This document shows, in pieces, positions 8,558-17,832 of a stretch of DNA of 25,579 bases. Both the position numbers and the translations under genes were made by a program. Positions within the stretch are counted from its first letter, which is position 1. Every line of letters begins with the position of its first letter. The notes under the pieces are model-generated. The model saw only the letters and a program-made list of their open reading frames with translations, ran no database searches and was not told the origin of the DNA. Origin of the DNA: Oculatellaceae cyanobacterium bins.114 (GTDB taxonomy: Bacteria; Cyanobacteriota; Cyanobacteriia; Elainellales; Elainellaceae); the NCBI GenBank assembly GCA_033764315.1, contig JANRJA010000106.1:1-25579 (forward strand), in the 5' to 3' direction.

Positions 8558-8619
8558 GTTCAATCGCATCGTTTAAGTAGTTGACCTGGGTTGGCACAGT
8601 GTGTTTAAACAAACTTAAG

Positions 8620-8663
8620 ACCACAGAGACAAGGGCAAATTGCTTGCTTCTCTGTGGTTTTTT
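8620..8663 (+). terminator. Rho-independent terminator after psb30
   Basis: ACCACAGAGA...TCTCTGTGGT stem followed by a T run. Confidence 0.75.
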
Positions 8664-8917
8664 CATGGATCGTTTTGCACATAACTGTCAATTTAGAGGT
8701 AGAACGCTAAACTGAAAATTAAGGATAGAAGTTTTAACTTGTATCCAATTTTGGTTTCGTCAATCATTTTGCTGTAACTGCTTATGCTGACCGATCTAAT
8801 GTAACCGCACAGTAGCGTAAACTACCTCTAATGAAATATCTGTCTAAGCTTTGTCTATGGAACCTAAATATAGCAACCCGCTCATCTCACAACTGATTTA
8901 GGACTGCCATATCTGAG

Positions 8918-8951
8918 AAAACAGTGTCTGCAAAAACAGTGTCTGCAAAAA
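8918..8951. repeat. Tandem 15-bp duplication AAAACAGTGTCTGCA x2
   Basis: 8918-8932 and 8933-8947 are identical, followed by AAAA. Confidence 0.85.
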
Positions 8952-9144
8952 TGCTCGATTGAGAAGGCTGAGTCAAAATTTGGCTATTTTGAGGCGCAAT
9001 TGATCAAATTTCAGGCGTTTCTTCAATATCCTTGAAACTACTCAACCGGATGCATTGTTTCTTGTGTTAGCTTCATACCCAAATATTAATAAGCCTTGAT
9101 TTATAAAATCCGAAGAAACTCTAAGAGAAGTTTTAAAACTGGGA

Positions 9145-9153
9145 TGATAATAT
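9145..9153 (+). promoter_or_regulatory. Candidate extended -10 for prs
   Basis: TG-A-TAATAT directly upstream of prs. Confidence 0.4.
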
Positions 9154-9165
9154 TGCGATGAATTC

Positions 9166-10176
9166 ATGCTGCGAGGATCTGTCGTGATTCGTTCTGCCAC
9201 TCTGACTCTTCAGCCTCCTCTTTCGTCTTTGCCCGACAACAACCGTCTGAGGCTATTTTCTGGTTCAGCGAACGTGCCCCTCGCTCAAGAGGTAGCCCGC
9301 TATCTGGGCATGGATTTAGGACCGATGGTTCGTAAGCGGTTTGCCGATGGAGAACTCTACATTCAAATCCAGGAGTCCATCCGAGGCTGTGATGTTTACC
9401 TGATGCAACCGACTTGTCATCCGGTCAACGACAACCTAATGGAACTGTTGATCATGGTTGATGCTTGCCGTCGAGCATCTGCTCGCCAGATTACAGCCGT
9501 CATTCCCTACTATGGATACGCCAGGGCAGATCGCAAAACAGCAGGACGGGAATCTATCACGGCTAAGCTCGTGGCAAACCTGATTACCCAAGCTGGGGCC
9601 GGTCGCGTTTTGGCAATGGATTTGCATTCAGCCCAAATTCAAGGCTATTTTGATATTCCTTTTGACCATGTTTATGGCTCGCCAGTGATTCTAGATTACT
9701 TAAACAGTAAGGGCTTAGAAGATATTGTCGTTGTCTCTCCTGATGTGGGCGGTGTTGCCCGGGCGAGAGCATTTGCTAAAAAACTGGGGGATGCACCCCT
9801 TGCCATTATTGATAAGCGACGTCAGGCCCATAACGTGGCTGAGGTCTTAAATGTGATTGGAGACGTCAAAGGTAAAACAGCAGTAATGGTCGATGACATG
9901 ATCGACACAGCTGGAACTATTTCTGAAGGGGCTAGATTGCTGAGACAGGAAGGTGCGCGTCAGGTCTATGCCTGTGCTACTCATGCTGTCTTTTCTCCGC
10001 CAGCAATTGAGCGGTTGTCTACTGGGATCTTTGAAGAGGTGATCATCACAAACACGATCCCCGTTGAAGATAGCAACCGTTTTCAGCAACTTACAGTGCT
10101 GTCTGTCGCTAATTTATTAGGTGAAACTATCTGGCGCATTCATGAAGATAGCTCTGTAAGCAGTATGTTCCGTTAA
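9166..10176 (+). CDS. prs: Ribose-phosphate pyrophosphokinase
   Basis: FADGE..IQIQESIRG, PYYGYARADRK, MDLHSAQIQGYFD, VSPDVGG, VDDMIDTAGT; start could be the GTG at 9184. Confidence 0.98.
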   Translation: MLRGSVVIRSATLTLQPPLSSLPDNNRLRLFSGSANVPLAQEVARYLGMDLGPMVRKRFADGELYIQIQESIRGCDVYLMQPTCHPVNDNLMELLIMVDACRRASARQITAVIPYYGYARADRKTAGRESITAKLVANLITQAGAGRVLAMDLHSAQIQGYFDIPFDHVYGSPVILDYLNSKGLEDIVVVSPDVGGVARARAFAKKLGDAPLAIIDKRRQAHNVAEVLNVIGDVKGKTAVMVDDMIDTAGTISEGARLLRQEGARQVYACATHAVFSPPAIERLSTGIFEEVIITNTIPVEDSNRFQQLTVLSVANLLGETIWRIHEDSSVSSMFR

Positions 10177-10273
10177 ATCCTCAACTCATTTTTTTGATAG
10201 AGTGCTTCAATAAAGCAGCATTCTCGCTCCATCTCCCCTCATAATGAGAGGAGATGCTTTACATTCCTTTACT

Positions 10274-11779
10274 ATGGCGAGAGATCTGCGGGAATTTCTG
10301 AAACAGCTTGAGCAACGAGGGCAACTAAGACGGATTAAGGCTTTGGTTGATCCCGATTTGGAAATTGCTGAGATTAGCCAACGAATGTTGCAACAGGGCG
10401 GCCCTGCGCTGCTGTTTGAGAATGTTAAAGGGTCTCCTCATGCCGTGGCAATTAATGTCATGGGAACTGTAGAGCGGATTTGCTGGGCCATGAATATGGA
10501 GCATCCCCAAGAGCTAGAGACTTTGGGGCAAAAACTGGGGATGTTGCAACAGCCCAAACCGCCCAAGAAATTGTCTCAGGCGATCGCCTTTGGCAAAGTG
10601 TTGTTTGATGTGGTCAAAGCAAAACCCAGTCGCGATCTGCTGCCGTCTTGTCATCAGGTTGTGATCAAAGACGATGAGTTGGATCTCAATCAAATTCCGA
10701 TGATTCGACCGTATGGAGGTGATGCGGGCAAGATTATTACGTTGGGTTTGGTGATAACCAAAGATTGTGAGACGGGCATTCCCAATGTGGGGGTCTATCG
10801 GTTGCAGTTGCAATCTCACAATACGATGACGGTGCACTGGTTGTCGGTGCGAGGTGGGGCAAGACACTTACGCAAAGCAGCAGAACAGGGCAAAAAATTA
10901 GAGATTGCGATCGCCCTTGGGGTTGATCCGTTGATTATTATGGCGGCAGCAACGCCAATTCCTGTAGACCTGTCAGAGTGGCTATTTGCAGGGCTATATG
11001 GTGGATCTGGGGTGCAGTTAGCCAAATGCAAAACTGTTGATCTAGAAGTTCCAGCGGATTCAGAGTTTGTTTTAGAGGGCACGATTACGCCAGGAGAGGT
11101 GTTGCCAGATGGGCCGTTTGGCGATCATATGGGCTATTACGGAGGGGTTGAAGACTCTCCTTTAGTTCGGTTTCACTGCATGACGCATCGACGTGACCCG
11201 ATTTATCTGACGACGTTTAGCGGTCGCCCGCCCAAAGAAGAAGCCATGATGGCGATCGCCCTGAATCGCATTTACACGCCTATCTTGCGGCAACAGGTGT
11301 CTGAGATTACGGATTTCTTTTTGCCGATGGAGGCATTGAGCTATAAGGCGGCGATTATTTCGATTGATAAGGCTTACCCAGGGCAAGCCCGACGGGCAGC
11401 GTTGGCATTTTGGAGTGCTCTACCCCAGTTTACTTACACCAAGTTTGTGATTGTGGTGGACAAAGATATTAACATTCGCGATCCTCGGCAGGTGGTGTGG
11501 GCGATCGCCTCCAAGGTTGATCCGGTGCGAGATGTGTTTATCTTGCCTGAAACCCCGTTTGACACTTTAGATTTTGCTAGTGAGAAGATTGGCTTGGGTG
11601 GACGCATGGGGATCGATGCGACGACTAAGATTCCCCCAGAAACCGACCATCCCTGGGGAGAGCCTCTGGAGTCAGACCCAACGGTTGCGGCGGTGGTTGA
11701 TCGCCGTTGGGCAGAGTATGGGTTAGCTGATCTCGTGTTAGGGGATGTAGATCCTAATTTGTTTGGATACGATATTTAA
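10274..11779 (+). CDS. ubiD: UbiD-family prFMN decarboxylase (probably plastoquinone biosynthesis)
   Basis: MARDLREFL, NVGVYRLQ, EFVLEG, DGPFGDHMGYY, GRPPKEE, KFVIVVD.DI, GRMGIDAT; start moved to the ATG at 10274. Confidence 0.95.
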   Translation: MARDLREFLKQLEQRGQLRRIKALVDPDLEIAEISQRMLQQGGPALLFENVKGSPHAVAINVMGTVERICWAMNMEHPQELETLGQKLGMLQQPKPPKKLSQAIAFGKVLFDVVKAKPSRDLLPSCHQVVIKDDELDLNQIPMIRPYGGDAGKIITLGLVITKDCETGIPNVGVYRLQLQSHNTMTVHWLSVRGGARHLRKAAEQGKKLEIAIALGVDPLIIMAAATPIPVDLSEWLFAGLYGGSGVQLAKCKTVDLEVPADSEFVLEGTITPGEVLPDGPFGDHMGYYGGVEDSPLVRFHCMTHRRDPIYLTTFSGRPPKEEAMMAIALNRIYTPILRQQVSEITDFFLPMEALSYKAAIISIDKAYPGQARRAALAFWSALPQFTYTKFVIVVDKDINIRDPRQVVWAIASKVDPVRDVFILPETPFDTLDFASEKIGLGGRMGIDATTKIPPETDHPWGEPLESDPTVAAVVDRRWAEYGLADLVLGDVDPNLFGYDI

Positions 11780-11786
11780 AGTACAA

Positions 11787-11816
11787 AATCCCCGGTCTCC
11801 AAAGATTCCGGGGATT
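11787..11816. repeat. REP-like palindrome between convergent genes
   Basis: AATCCCCGG-TCTCCAAAGATT-CCGGGGATT; shares CCCCGG/CCGGGG arms with 3062-3096. Confidence 0.6.
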
Positions 11817-11836
11817 GGCAGCACAGTATCTCCAAA

Positions 11837-12208
11837 TTATTGGGGAGGTTGAGCAGGCAGTGCCTCAGGTGCAGTCGGAGCAGGTGCAGCCGGAGCAGGT
11901 GCAACCGGAGCCTGGTTTTCGGGCACCTGAATATTGATGTCTGGAGCGTCAGGCACAATCGGTGCTTCTGGAGCGGTAGGTGTTGGAACGGTAATGTTGA
12001 CGTCGGGGGGTTGCTGCTGTTGGGCAGGAGCTGTCGTCTCGTCTCCCTGATTAAACACAAACATCGCAATGACTACCCCAACGAGTGAAATTAGGGCAAT
12101 ACCCAAGGCAAAACTGCCAGCCGCATTTGCGTTGTCGCGGGCAATTTGGCTCTCTCGTCGCATTTCCAGGTCACGCTCGACCACATCACGTTCAGTTGAG
12201 TTTCTCAT
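11837..12208 (-). CDS. Hypothetical single-pass membrane protein with Pro/Ala-rich tail
   Basis: ARDNANAAGSFALGIALISLVGVVIAMFVF transmembrane segment, then PDVNITVP/PDINIQVP and APAP repeats. Confidence 0.8.
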   Translation of the reverse strand: MRNSTERDVVERDLEMRRESQIARDNANAAGSFALGIALISLVGVVIAMFVFNQGDETTAPAQQQQPPDVNITVPTPTAPEAPIVPDAPDINIQVPENQAPVAPAPAAPAPTAPEALPAQPPQ

Positions 12209-12461
12209 GGCTTTTTATTAGAACTCGGCTAGAATGACGATTCAAAAGAATAAATGAATCAAACTTACTAACTCAGTTTTGAGTAGCTTATTTAGATACC
12301 CTGAACGTAACCCACTAACTTGATCAGGCAGTTCTACCCCAGGCAAGACTTCACCTCAATCGTGCGACTGATCTTAGGTTTTGATGTCAAAGATTTCTGA
12401 GTCGGCTGCCTGCTTCATTTCTGACAACCGTGTACAAACTCTTGCGTCATCTGGTTCACTT

Positions 12462-13646
12462 ATGACTTCTGATCACGTAAAACTGCTCCGCAAAACGACC
12501 AAATCTTCACTTAGATTGGGTGAAGTCGATAAAGAGGATGATGGTGAGTCTTATGTTGATTACTCCTATCATGAACCGGGTAGTCTTCCAGGTACCCTCA
12601 CCATTGAAGATGATGCAGCAATTACTTCGATTGTGTTGATTGATTATGCTGAGGAGATGGCGACCCGGGTGCAGATTCAAGCTCCAGAAGATTGCACTCC
12701 CTATCTTGATACTGAATCTGTGTCTTGGGTTGACGTGCAAGGACTGGGTAGTGAAGATGTTTTGCAGCGGTTAGGGCAGGTTTTTAAGCTGCATCCCCTG
12801 GTCTTAGAAGATGTGGTGAATGTGCCCCAACGCCCCAAAGTTGAAGAGTATGAGGATCAGTTGCTAATTATTGCCCGCATGGTCATTCCGACCAAGAGTG
12901 GGGATGGGTTTGTCAGTGAGCAGGTGAGTTTTATTTTAGGGAAACACTATTTGCTGACGGTGCAAGAAGAGCCAGAGTACGACACTTTCAACCCAGTGCG
13001 CGATCGCATTCGCACCTCAAAGGGCACCATTCGCAAACACAATGCCGATTATCTGGCTTATACCCTTTTAGACACCATCATTGATGGCTTCTTCCCAGTT
13101 TTAGAAACCTATGGTGAGCAGATTGAGGAACTGGAGGATGAAGTTGTTGTAAGACCCTCGCACCAGACCCTCGAAAAAATTTATGCGCTAAAGCGACAAC
13201 TGCTGACTTTGCGCCGTGCGATTTGGCCTCAACGAGACGCTATCAACACGATTATTCGCGATGCGAGTCCGTTAGTGAGTGACGAAGTGCGAATTTATTT
13301 GCGGGATTGTTATGACCATTCGGTGCAGGTACTAGATATGGTGGAAACCTATCGAGAACTGGCTTCTAGTTTGATGGATGTGTATTTGTCATCGGTCAGC
13401 AATCGAATGAACGAAGTGATGAAGTTGTTGACTATCATCTCGACGATCTTTATTCCTCTAACGTTTATCGCTGGGATTTATGGCATGAACTTCAACACAG
13501 AGCGATCGCCACTTAATATGCCTGAGTTGAATTGGTATTGGGGATATCCCTTGTGTTTAGGAGGAATGGGGGCGATCGCCCTAGTATTGGTGCTTTATTT
13601 TTGGAGGAAGGGTTGGTTCCAAAACTTTAGTGGCATTAAGGAGTAA
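12462..13646 (+). CDS. corA: Magnesium/cobalt transporter CorA
   Basis: PGSLPGTL, LHPLVLEDV...QRPKVE, MNEVMK.LT, YGMNF, MPELNW; likely start ATG 12462 (the track starts at TTG 12381). Confidence 0.96.
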   Translation: MTSDHVKLLRKTTKSSLRLGEVDKEDDGESYVDYSYHEPGSLPGTLTIEDDAAITSIVLIDYAEEMATRVQIQAPEDCTPYLDTESVSWVDVQGLGSEDVLQRLGQVFKLHPLVLEDVVNVPQRPKVEEYEDQLLIIARMVIPTKSGDGFVSEQVSFILGKHYLLTVQEEPEYDTFNPVRDRIRTSKGTIRKHNADYLAYTLLDTIIDGFFPVLETYGEQIEELEDEVVVRPSHQTLEKIYALKRQLLTLRRAIWPQRDAINTIIRDASPLVSDEVRIYLRDCYDHSVQVLDMVETYRELASSLMDVYLSSVSNRMNEVMKLLTIISTIFIPLTFIAGIYGMNFNTERSPLNMPELNWYWGYPLCLGGMGAIALVLVLYFWRKGWFQNFSGIKE

Positions 13647-13758
13647 ATGAGTTATGAGTTAGGAGTTAGGAGTTATGAGTTACGAGTTACGAGTTATGAG
13701 TTATGAGTTATGAGTTATGAGTTATGAGTTATGAGTTATGAGTTATGAGTTTTGAGTT
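13647..13758. repeat. Short tandemly repeated repetitive sequence (STRR-type heptamer), (ATGAGTT) x16 with variants
   Basis: 16 consecutive 7-mers: ATGAGTT with AGGAGTT x2, ACGAGTT x2 and a final TTGAGTT, starting right after the corA stop. Confidence 0.95.
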
Positions 13759-13938
13759 TAATGGCTTGACTGAGTTCGTGACACTGCGAACGATTGACCA
13801 TTGGCTCACTCAGCACTGAGCACTCAATGTTCGCCCTACTCCCTGGTCTTAACTCACATTCACACCTCAAAACTTAGTGATCATAACCCTCCTAACACTG
13901 CCAACTGTTGACCATTAACTAATGACTATTGCCAATGG

Positions 13939-13947
13939 TGATACTAT
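13939..13947 (+). promoter_or_regulatory. Candidate extended -10 for apt
   Basis: TG-A-TACTAT about 28 nt upstream of ATG 13976. Confidence 0.45.
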
Positions 13948-13975
13948 TGCTACGACCCTTCTATCATGCTCCGTT

Positions 13976-14488
13976 ATGGATCTCAAGGCTCTGATTCGTG
14001 ATATTCCCGATTTTCCAAAACCCGGTATTTTGTTTCGAGATATCACCACATTGTTAAACAACCCCCAGGGATTGTGTTACACAATTGATACATTAGCAGA
14101 GAAGGTCAGCCATCTTTCTATCGATTATGTTGTGGGAATGGAGTCACGGGGATTCATTTTTGGGACTCCCCTGGCGTGTAAGTTAGAGAAGGGTTTCATT
14201 CCCGTGCGTAAACCGGGCAAGCTGCCAGCCCCGGTTCATTCGGTGGAATATCAACTGGAGTATGGGGTCGATCGCCTAGAGATGCATCAAGATGCGTTTC
14301 ACCCCGGTAGCCGCGTGTTAGTGGTGGATGACTTAATCGCCACAGGTGGAACAGCGGCGGCCACGGCTCAGCTGATTCAACAAACCGGGGCTGAGTTAGC
14401 AGGTTTTGCCTTTGTGATTGAGCTAACCTTTTTAGAAGGACGCAAAAATTTACCGGATGCTCCGGTGATTACCCTCGTGCAATATTAG
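13976..14488 (+). CDS. apt: Adenine phosphoribosyltransferase
   Basis: [55 protein letters not shown]. Confidence 0.97.
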   Translation: MDLKALIRDIPDFPKPGILFRDITTLLNNPQGLCYTIDTLAEKVSHLSIDYVVGMESRGFIFGTPLACKLEKGFIPVRKPGKLPAPVHSVEYQLEYGVDRLEMHQDAFHPGSRVLVVDDLIATGGTAAATAQLIQQTGAELAGFAFVIELTFLEGRKNLPDAPVITLVQY

Positions 14489-14542
14489 ATTGACCGAGTT
14501 GCAAGTTTATCAGTGCGAGTCGTCCTGACTCGATAACCCTCC

Positions 14543-15604
14543 ATGACTTCGACGAGAGCTTCATCCTTACAACAATGGTTTCAGACCACGAGCAGTGGAT
14601 TTGTAAACATCGTCACCAGTGAAACGATGGTGTATCTGGTGAAACGGCTATTGCAAGCTCTGTTAACCTTGTTGCTTGCTTCTGCTCTGAGCTTTTTCAT
14701 TATTCAACTGGCTCCCGGTGACTATTTGGATACGCTGCGGCAAAATCCCCAAATTGATGAACAAACGCTCAAGAATTTAGAAATTCAGTTTGGGTTAGAT
14801 AAAAGCCCGATCGAGCAATATCTTCTTTGGTTGCGGCAGATTGTAACTCAGGGAGATTTTGGGCGAAGTTTTGCCTATCAACGCTCGGTTACATCCCTCT
14901 TGTGGGAGCGTATTCCGAATACGTTGCTGTTATCTATTGCGTCAATGGTGGTGACATGGGCGATCGCCATTCCTTTGGGCATCATTGGAGCCGTTGAGCA
15001 AAATCAACTGAGCGATCGCGTTCTGCGGGTGATTAGCTACATTGGACAGGGATTTCCCACGCTAATTACTGGCTTGCTATTGCTAACTCTGGCTCAAAAT
15101 ACGTCACCGCTGTTTCCAATTGGTGGCATGACCAGCATTGATCATGCTGATCTGACCCCGATCGGCAAAGTATTAGATGTGGCATGGCACATGATTTTGC
15201 CGACTTTAGCCCTGAGCATTACCAGTTTTGCCGGGTTACAACGCATCATGCGCGGCGAACTGCTAGACGTTCTGCGACAAGACTACATCCAGACAGCTCG
15301 TGCTAAAGGGTTGCCTGAAAACCGAGTGATCTACGTTCATGCCCTGCGTAATGCCGTCAACCCCCTCATGACCTTGTTGGGGTTTGAATTTGCAGGCTTA
15401 TTGGGTGGTGCGTTTATCACCGAAAACTTTTTTAATTGGCCTGGTTTAGGGCGATTGATCTTGCAAGCTGTCACGGCCAGAGATTTATATCTAGTGATGG
15501 CAAGTCTAATGATGGGGGGCGTTATGCTGATTATCGGCAACCTGCTGGCAGATTTCCTCTTAAAAGCGGTTGATCCGCGAATTAAGTTGGAAGACATTAA
15601 TTAA
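14543..15604 (+). CDS. Peptide/nickel ABC transporter permease (DppB/OppB type)
   Basis: APGD, FGLDK, GDFGRSF, QDYIQTARAKGLPE..V...HALRNA, FNWPGLGRL, VDPRI. Confidence 0.93.
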   Translation: MTSTRASSLQQWFQTTSSGFVNIVTSETMVYLVKRLLQALLTLLLASALSFFIIQLAPGDYLDTLRQNPQIDEQTLKNLEIQFGLDKSPIEQYLLWLRQIVTQGDFGRSFAYQRSVTSLLWERIPNTLLLSIASMVVTWAIAIPLGIIGAVEQNQLSDRVLRVISYIGQGFPTLITGLLLLTLAQNTSPLFPIGGMTSIDHADLTPIGKVLDVAWHMILPTLALSITSFAGLQRIMRGELLDVLRQDYIQTARAKGLPENRVIYVHALRNAVNPLMTLLGFEFAGLLGGAFITENFFNWPGLGRLILQAVTARDLYLVMASLMMGGVMLIIGNLLADFLLKAVDPRIKLEDIN

Positions 15605-15665
15605 ACGATTCTTCGCAAAAATTCCTCCCCACAATCCCGTCCCTCTTTCGGATAAGATTTAGAAA

Positions 15666-15738
15666 TGCCAGAAACTCCTATAGACCTCTGTGGGGGTGCG
15701 ACTCCTATTGCAAGAGGTTTATAGTCGGGTTTGTGGCA
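15666..15738 (+). promoter_or_regulatory. Long imperfect hairpin in the probable acpP 5' leader
   Basis: TGCCA.AAAC/GTTT.TGGCA, CTATAGACCTCT/AGAGGTTTATAG and TGGGGGT/ACTCCTA nested stems; TAAGAT (15653-15658) just upstream. Confidence 0.55.
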
Positions 15739-15793
15739 GTTGGTCGTGTAGTCTGTTAGCTAAATATTGCGTCCGAGCAAGAAGGGAATAGTT

Positions 15794-16039
15794 ATGAGCC
15801 GAGAGGAAATTCTTAAGAAAGTTCAAGAAATTGTGTCTGAACAGTTAGGCGTTGAAACGAGCGAGGTCAAGCCTGAAGCAAGTTTCGCCAATGATTTGGG
15901 TGCTGACTCCCTCGACACTGTTGAACTCGTTATGGCCTTAGAAGAAGAGTTTGATATCGAGATTCCCGATGAAGCGGCTGAAGGTATTGCGACCGTTCAA
16001 TCGGCAGTAGATTACATTGATGGCAAGATTGCTGCTTAA
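15794..16039 (+). CDS. acpP: Acyl carrier protein
   Basis: [30 protein letters not shown] 15794 follows AAGGGA. Confidence 0.98.
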   Translation: MSREEILKKVQEIVSEQLGVETSEVKPEASFANDLGADSLDTVELVMALEEEFDIEIPDEAAEGIATVQSAVDYIDGKIAA

Positions 16040-16052
16040 CTTCAGCGTTTGG

Positions 16053-16109
16053 GGTTTGGGTGTCAGGCATGTTTGATTTCAAGCTCCTTTAATTCCTGAC
16101 TCCTAAACC
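16053..16109 (+). other. Intercistronic stem-loop between acpP and fabF
   Basis: GGTTTGGGTGTCAGG ... CCTGACTCCTAAACC, a 15-bp imperfect inverted repeat. Confidence 0.5.
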
Positions 16110-16190
16110 AATGTTATCGGATTCCGGGTTTAGAAGCGGTCATCCCAACTCCCGATCCCGGTTCCTTTTTGAATCCTTAAAGCTGCTGTC

Positions 16191-17450
16191 ATGACAAGTG
16201 CTGATTCTGAATATAAGCGTGTTGTAATTACTGGATTGGGTGCAATTACTCCCATTGGCAACACCCTGGCTGAATATTGGGACGGATTGCTAAGTGGACG
16301 CAATGGGATTGCGCCAATTACATTATTCGATGCGTCGCGCCACGATAGTCGAATTGCTGGAGAGGTCAAGGGGTTTGACCCCCATGTGTATATGGATCGC
16401 AAGGATGCCAAGCGCATGGACCGTTTTTCTCAATTTGCAGTGGCGGCTAGTAAGCAGGCGATCGCCGATGCGGGGTTTGTGATTAATGACCTTAATGCCG
16501 AGCAAGTGGGTGTCATGATCGGCACTGGCATTGGTGGTTTAAAGGTCATGGAAGACCAACAAGAGGTCTATTTAACCCGTGGTCCTGATCGCTGTAGCCC
16601 GTTTATGGTGCCCATGATGATTGCCAATATGGCAGCGGGTCTGACGGCCATTCATGTAGGGGCAAAAGGGCCAAATTCCTGTCCAGTGACCGCTTGTGCA
16701 GCGGGCTCAAATGCGGTAGGGGACGCCTTTCGTTTAGTGCAACGAGGCTACGCTCAAGCGATGGTTTGTGGTGGAGCGGAGGCGGCTGTGACTCCACTCT
16801 CTTATGCTGGGTTTGCAGCCGCACGGGCATTGTCTACTCGTAATGATGACCCGGCTCATGCCTGTCGTCCGTTTGACCGCGATCGCGATGGGTTTGTCAT
16901 GGGTGAAGGGGCTGGAATTCTGATTCTGGAAGAGTTAGAACATGCCCTCAGTCGGGGGGCCAAGATCTACGCCGAAATCATTGGCTATGGCATGACTTGC
17001 GATGCTTATCACATGACCTCTCCAGTGCCCGGTGGCGAAGGAGCTTCTCGAGCGATGCAGTTGGCTATCAAAGATGCCAAAATTAATCCCGATCAAGTCA
17101 GCTATATCAATGCGCATGGCACCAGCACTCCTGCCAATGACTCAACTGAAACAGCGGCTATCAAAACGGCTTTGGGTAGCCATGCGCACAAAGTTGCGAT
17201 TAGCTCTACAAAATCAATGACAGGACACTTATTGGGTGGTTCAGGGGGCATCGAAGCCGTTGCTTCGGTCATGGCAGTAAAGCATGACCGAGTTCCCCCG
17301 ACGATTAACCTGGAAAATCCTGACCCTGATTGCGATTTAGACTACATTCCCAATCAAAGTCGTCCCCAACCTGTCGAAGTGGCTCTGTCAAACTCATTTG
17401 GCTTTGGAGGTCACAATGTGACGTTGGTATTCCGCAAGTTTAAAAACTAG
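16191..17450 (+). CDS. fabF: Beta-ketoacyl-ACP synthase II
   Basis: RVVITGLG, TACAAG (catalytic Cys), GFVMGEGAG, NAHGTST, KSMTGHLLG, SNSFGFGGHN. Confidence 0.98.
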   Translation: MTSADSEYKRVVITGLGAITPIGNTLAEYWDGLLSGRNGIAPITLFDASRHDSRIAGEVKGFDPHVYMDRKDAKRMDRFSQFAVAASKQAIADAGFVINDLNAEQVGVMIGTGIGGLKVMEDQQEVYLTRGPDRCSPFMVPMMIANMAAGLTAIHVGAKGPNSCPVTACAAGSNAVGDAFRLVQRGYAQAMVCGGAEAAVTPLSYAGFAAARALSTRNDDPAHACRPFDRDRDGFVMGEGAGILILEELEHALSRGAKIYAEIIGYGMTCDAYHMTSPVPGGEGASRAMQLAIKDAKINPDQVSYINAHGTSTPANDSTETAAIKTALGSHAHKVAISSTKSMTGHLLGGSGGIEAVASVMAVKHDRVPPTINLENPDPDCDLDYIPNQSRPQPVEVALSNSFGFGGHNVTLVFRKFKN

Positions 17451-17476
17451 CTGCTGCGGCAGGAGTAGCTAGTTTT
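17443..17476 (+). terminator. Stem-loop/terminator at the fabF stop
   Basis: AAAACTAGCTGCT...AGTAGCTAGTTTT. Confidence 0.55.
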
Positions 17477-17832
17477 GATTGATAACTAGCTTTATTGCTC
17501 ACTCATGGGTGACCCATCAATCACCAACAGTGGATGAAGCATTGAATGATCTACTTGCAGGGAGTGCCTGGGTAGAATAGCTGCACTCCGCCCTAGCCAA
17601 CTCGCCCGTTGCTATCAATTAAATATCAAAACAGATTAAGAATCGATCGTTGGCAAGGATAGACATAGACTATAAGCTATTAGTAGTAGGTATAGTTACT
17701 TACCAAATTACCAAAAGATTCGATTTGTTATTTTTGATTGCTGTTTGTAAACGCTGGAACGGATTGTTGCCCCTTAATCCCGCCAGTGGGATGATGAATG
17801 TACTGTCACACCGTCGTTGAGTAGAAGAGATC

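Noticed and set aside
8812-8825. NtcA-activated promoter (GTA-N8-TAC)
   Set aside because: The nearest TAN3T (8845-8850) is 19 nt away rather than the usual ~22-23, and the 6-bp match is expected by chance.
13647-13758. CRISPR or coding repeat
   Set aside because: Pure 7-bp tandem repeat with frequent stop codons and no spacers.
14543-15604. Orphan ABC permease as a novelty
   Set aside because: Scattered ABC subunit genes are normal in cyanobacteria.
15794-17450. Type II polyketide cluster
   Set aside because: Standard acpP-fabF-tkt arrangement with no chain-length factor or tailoring genes.
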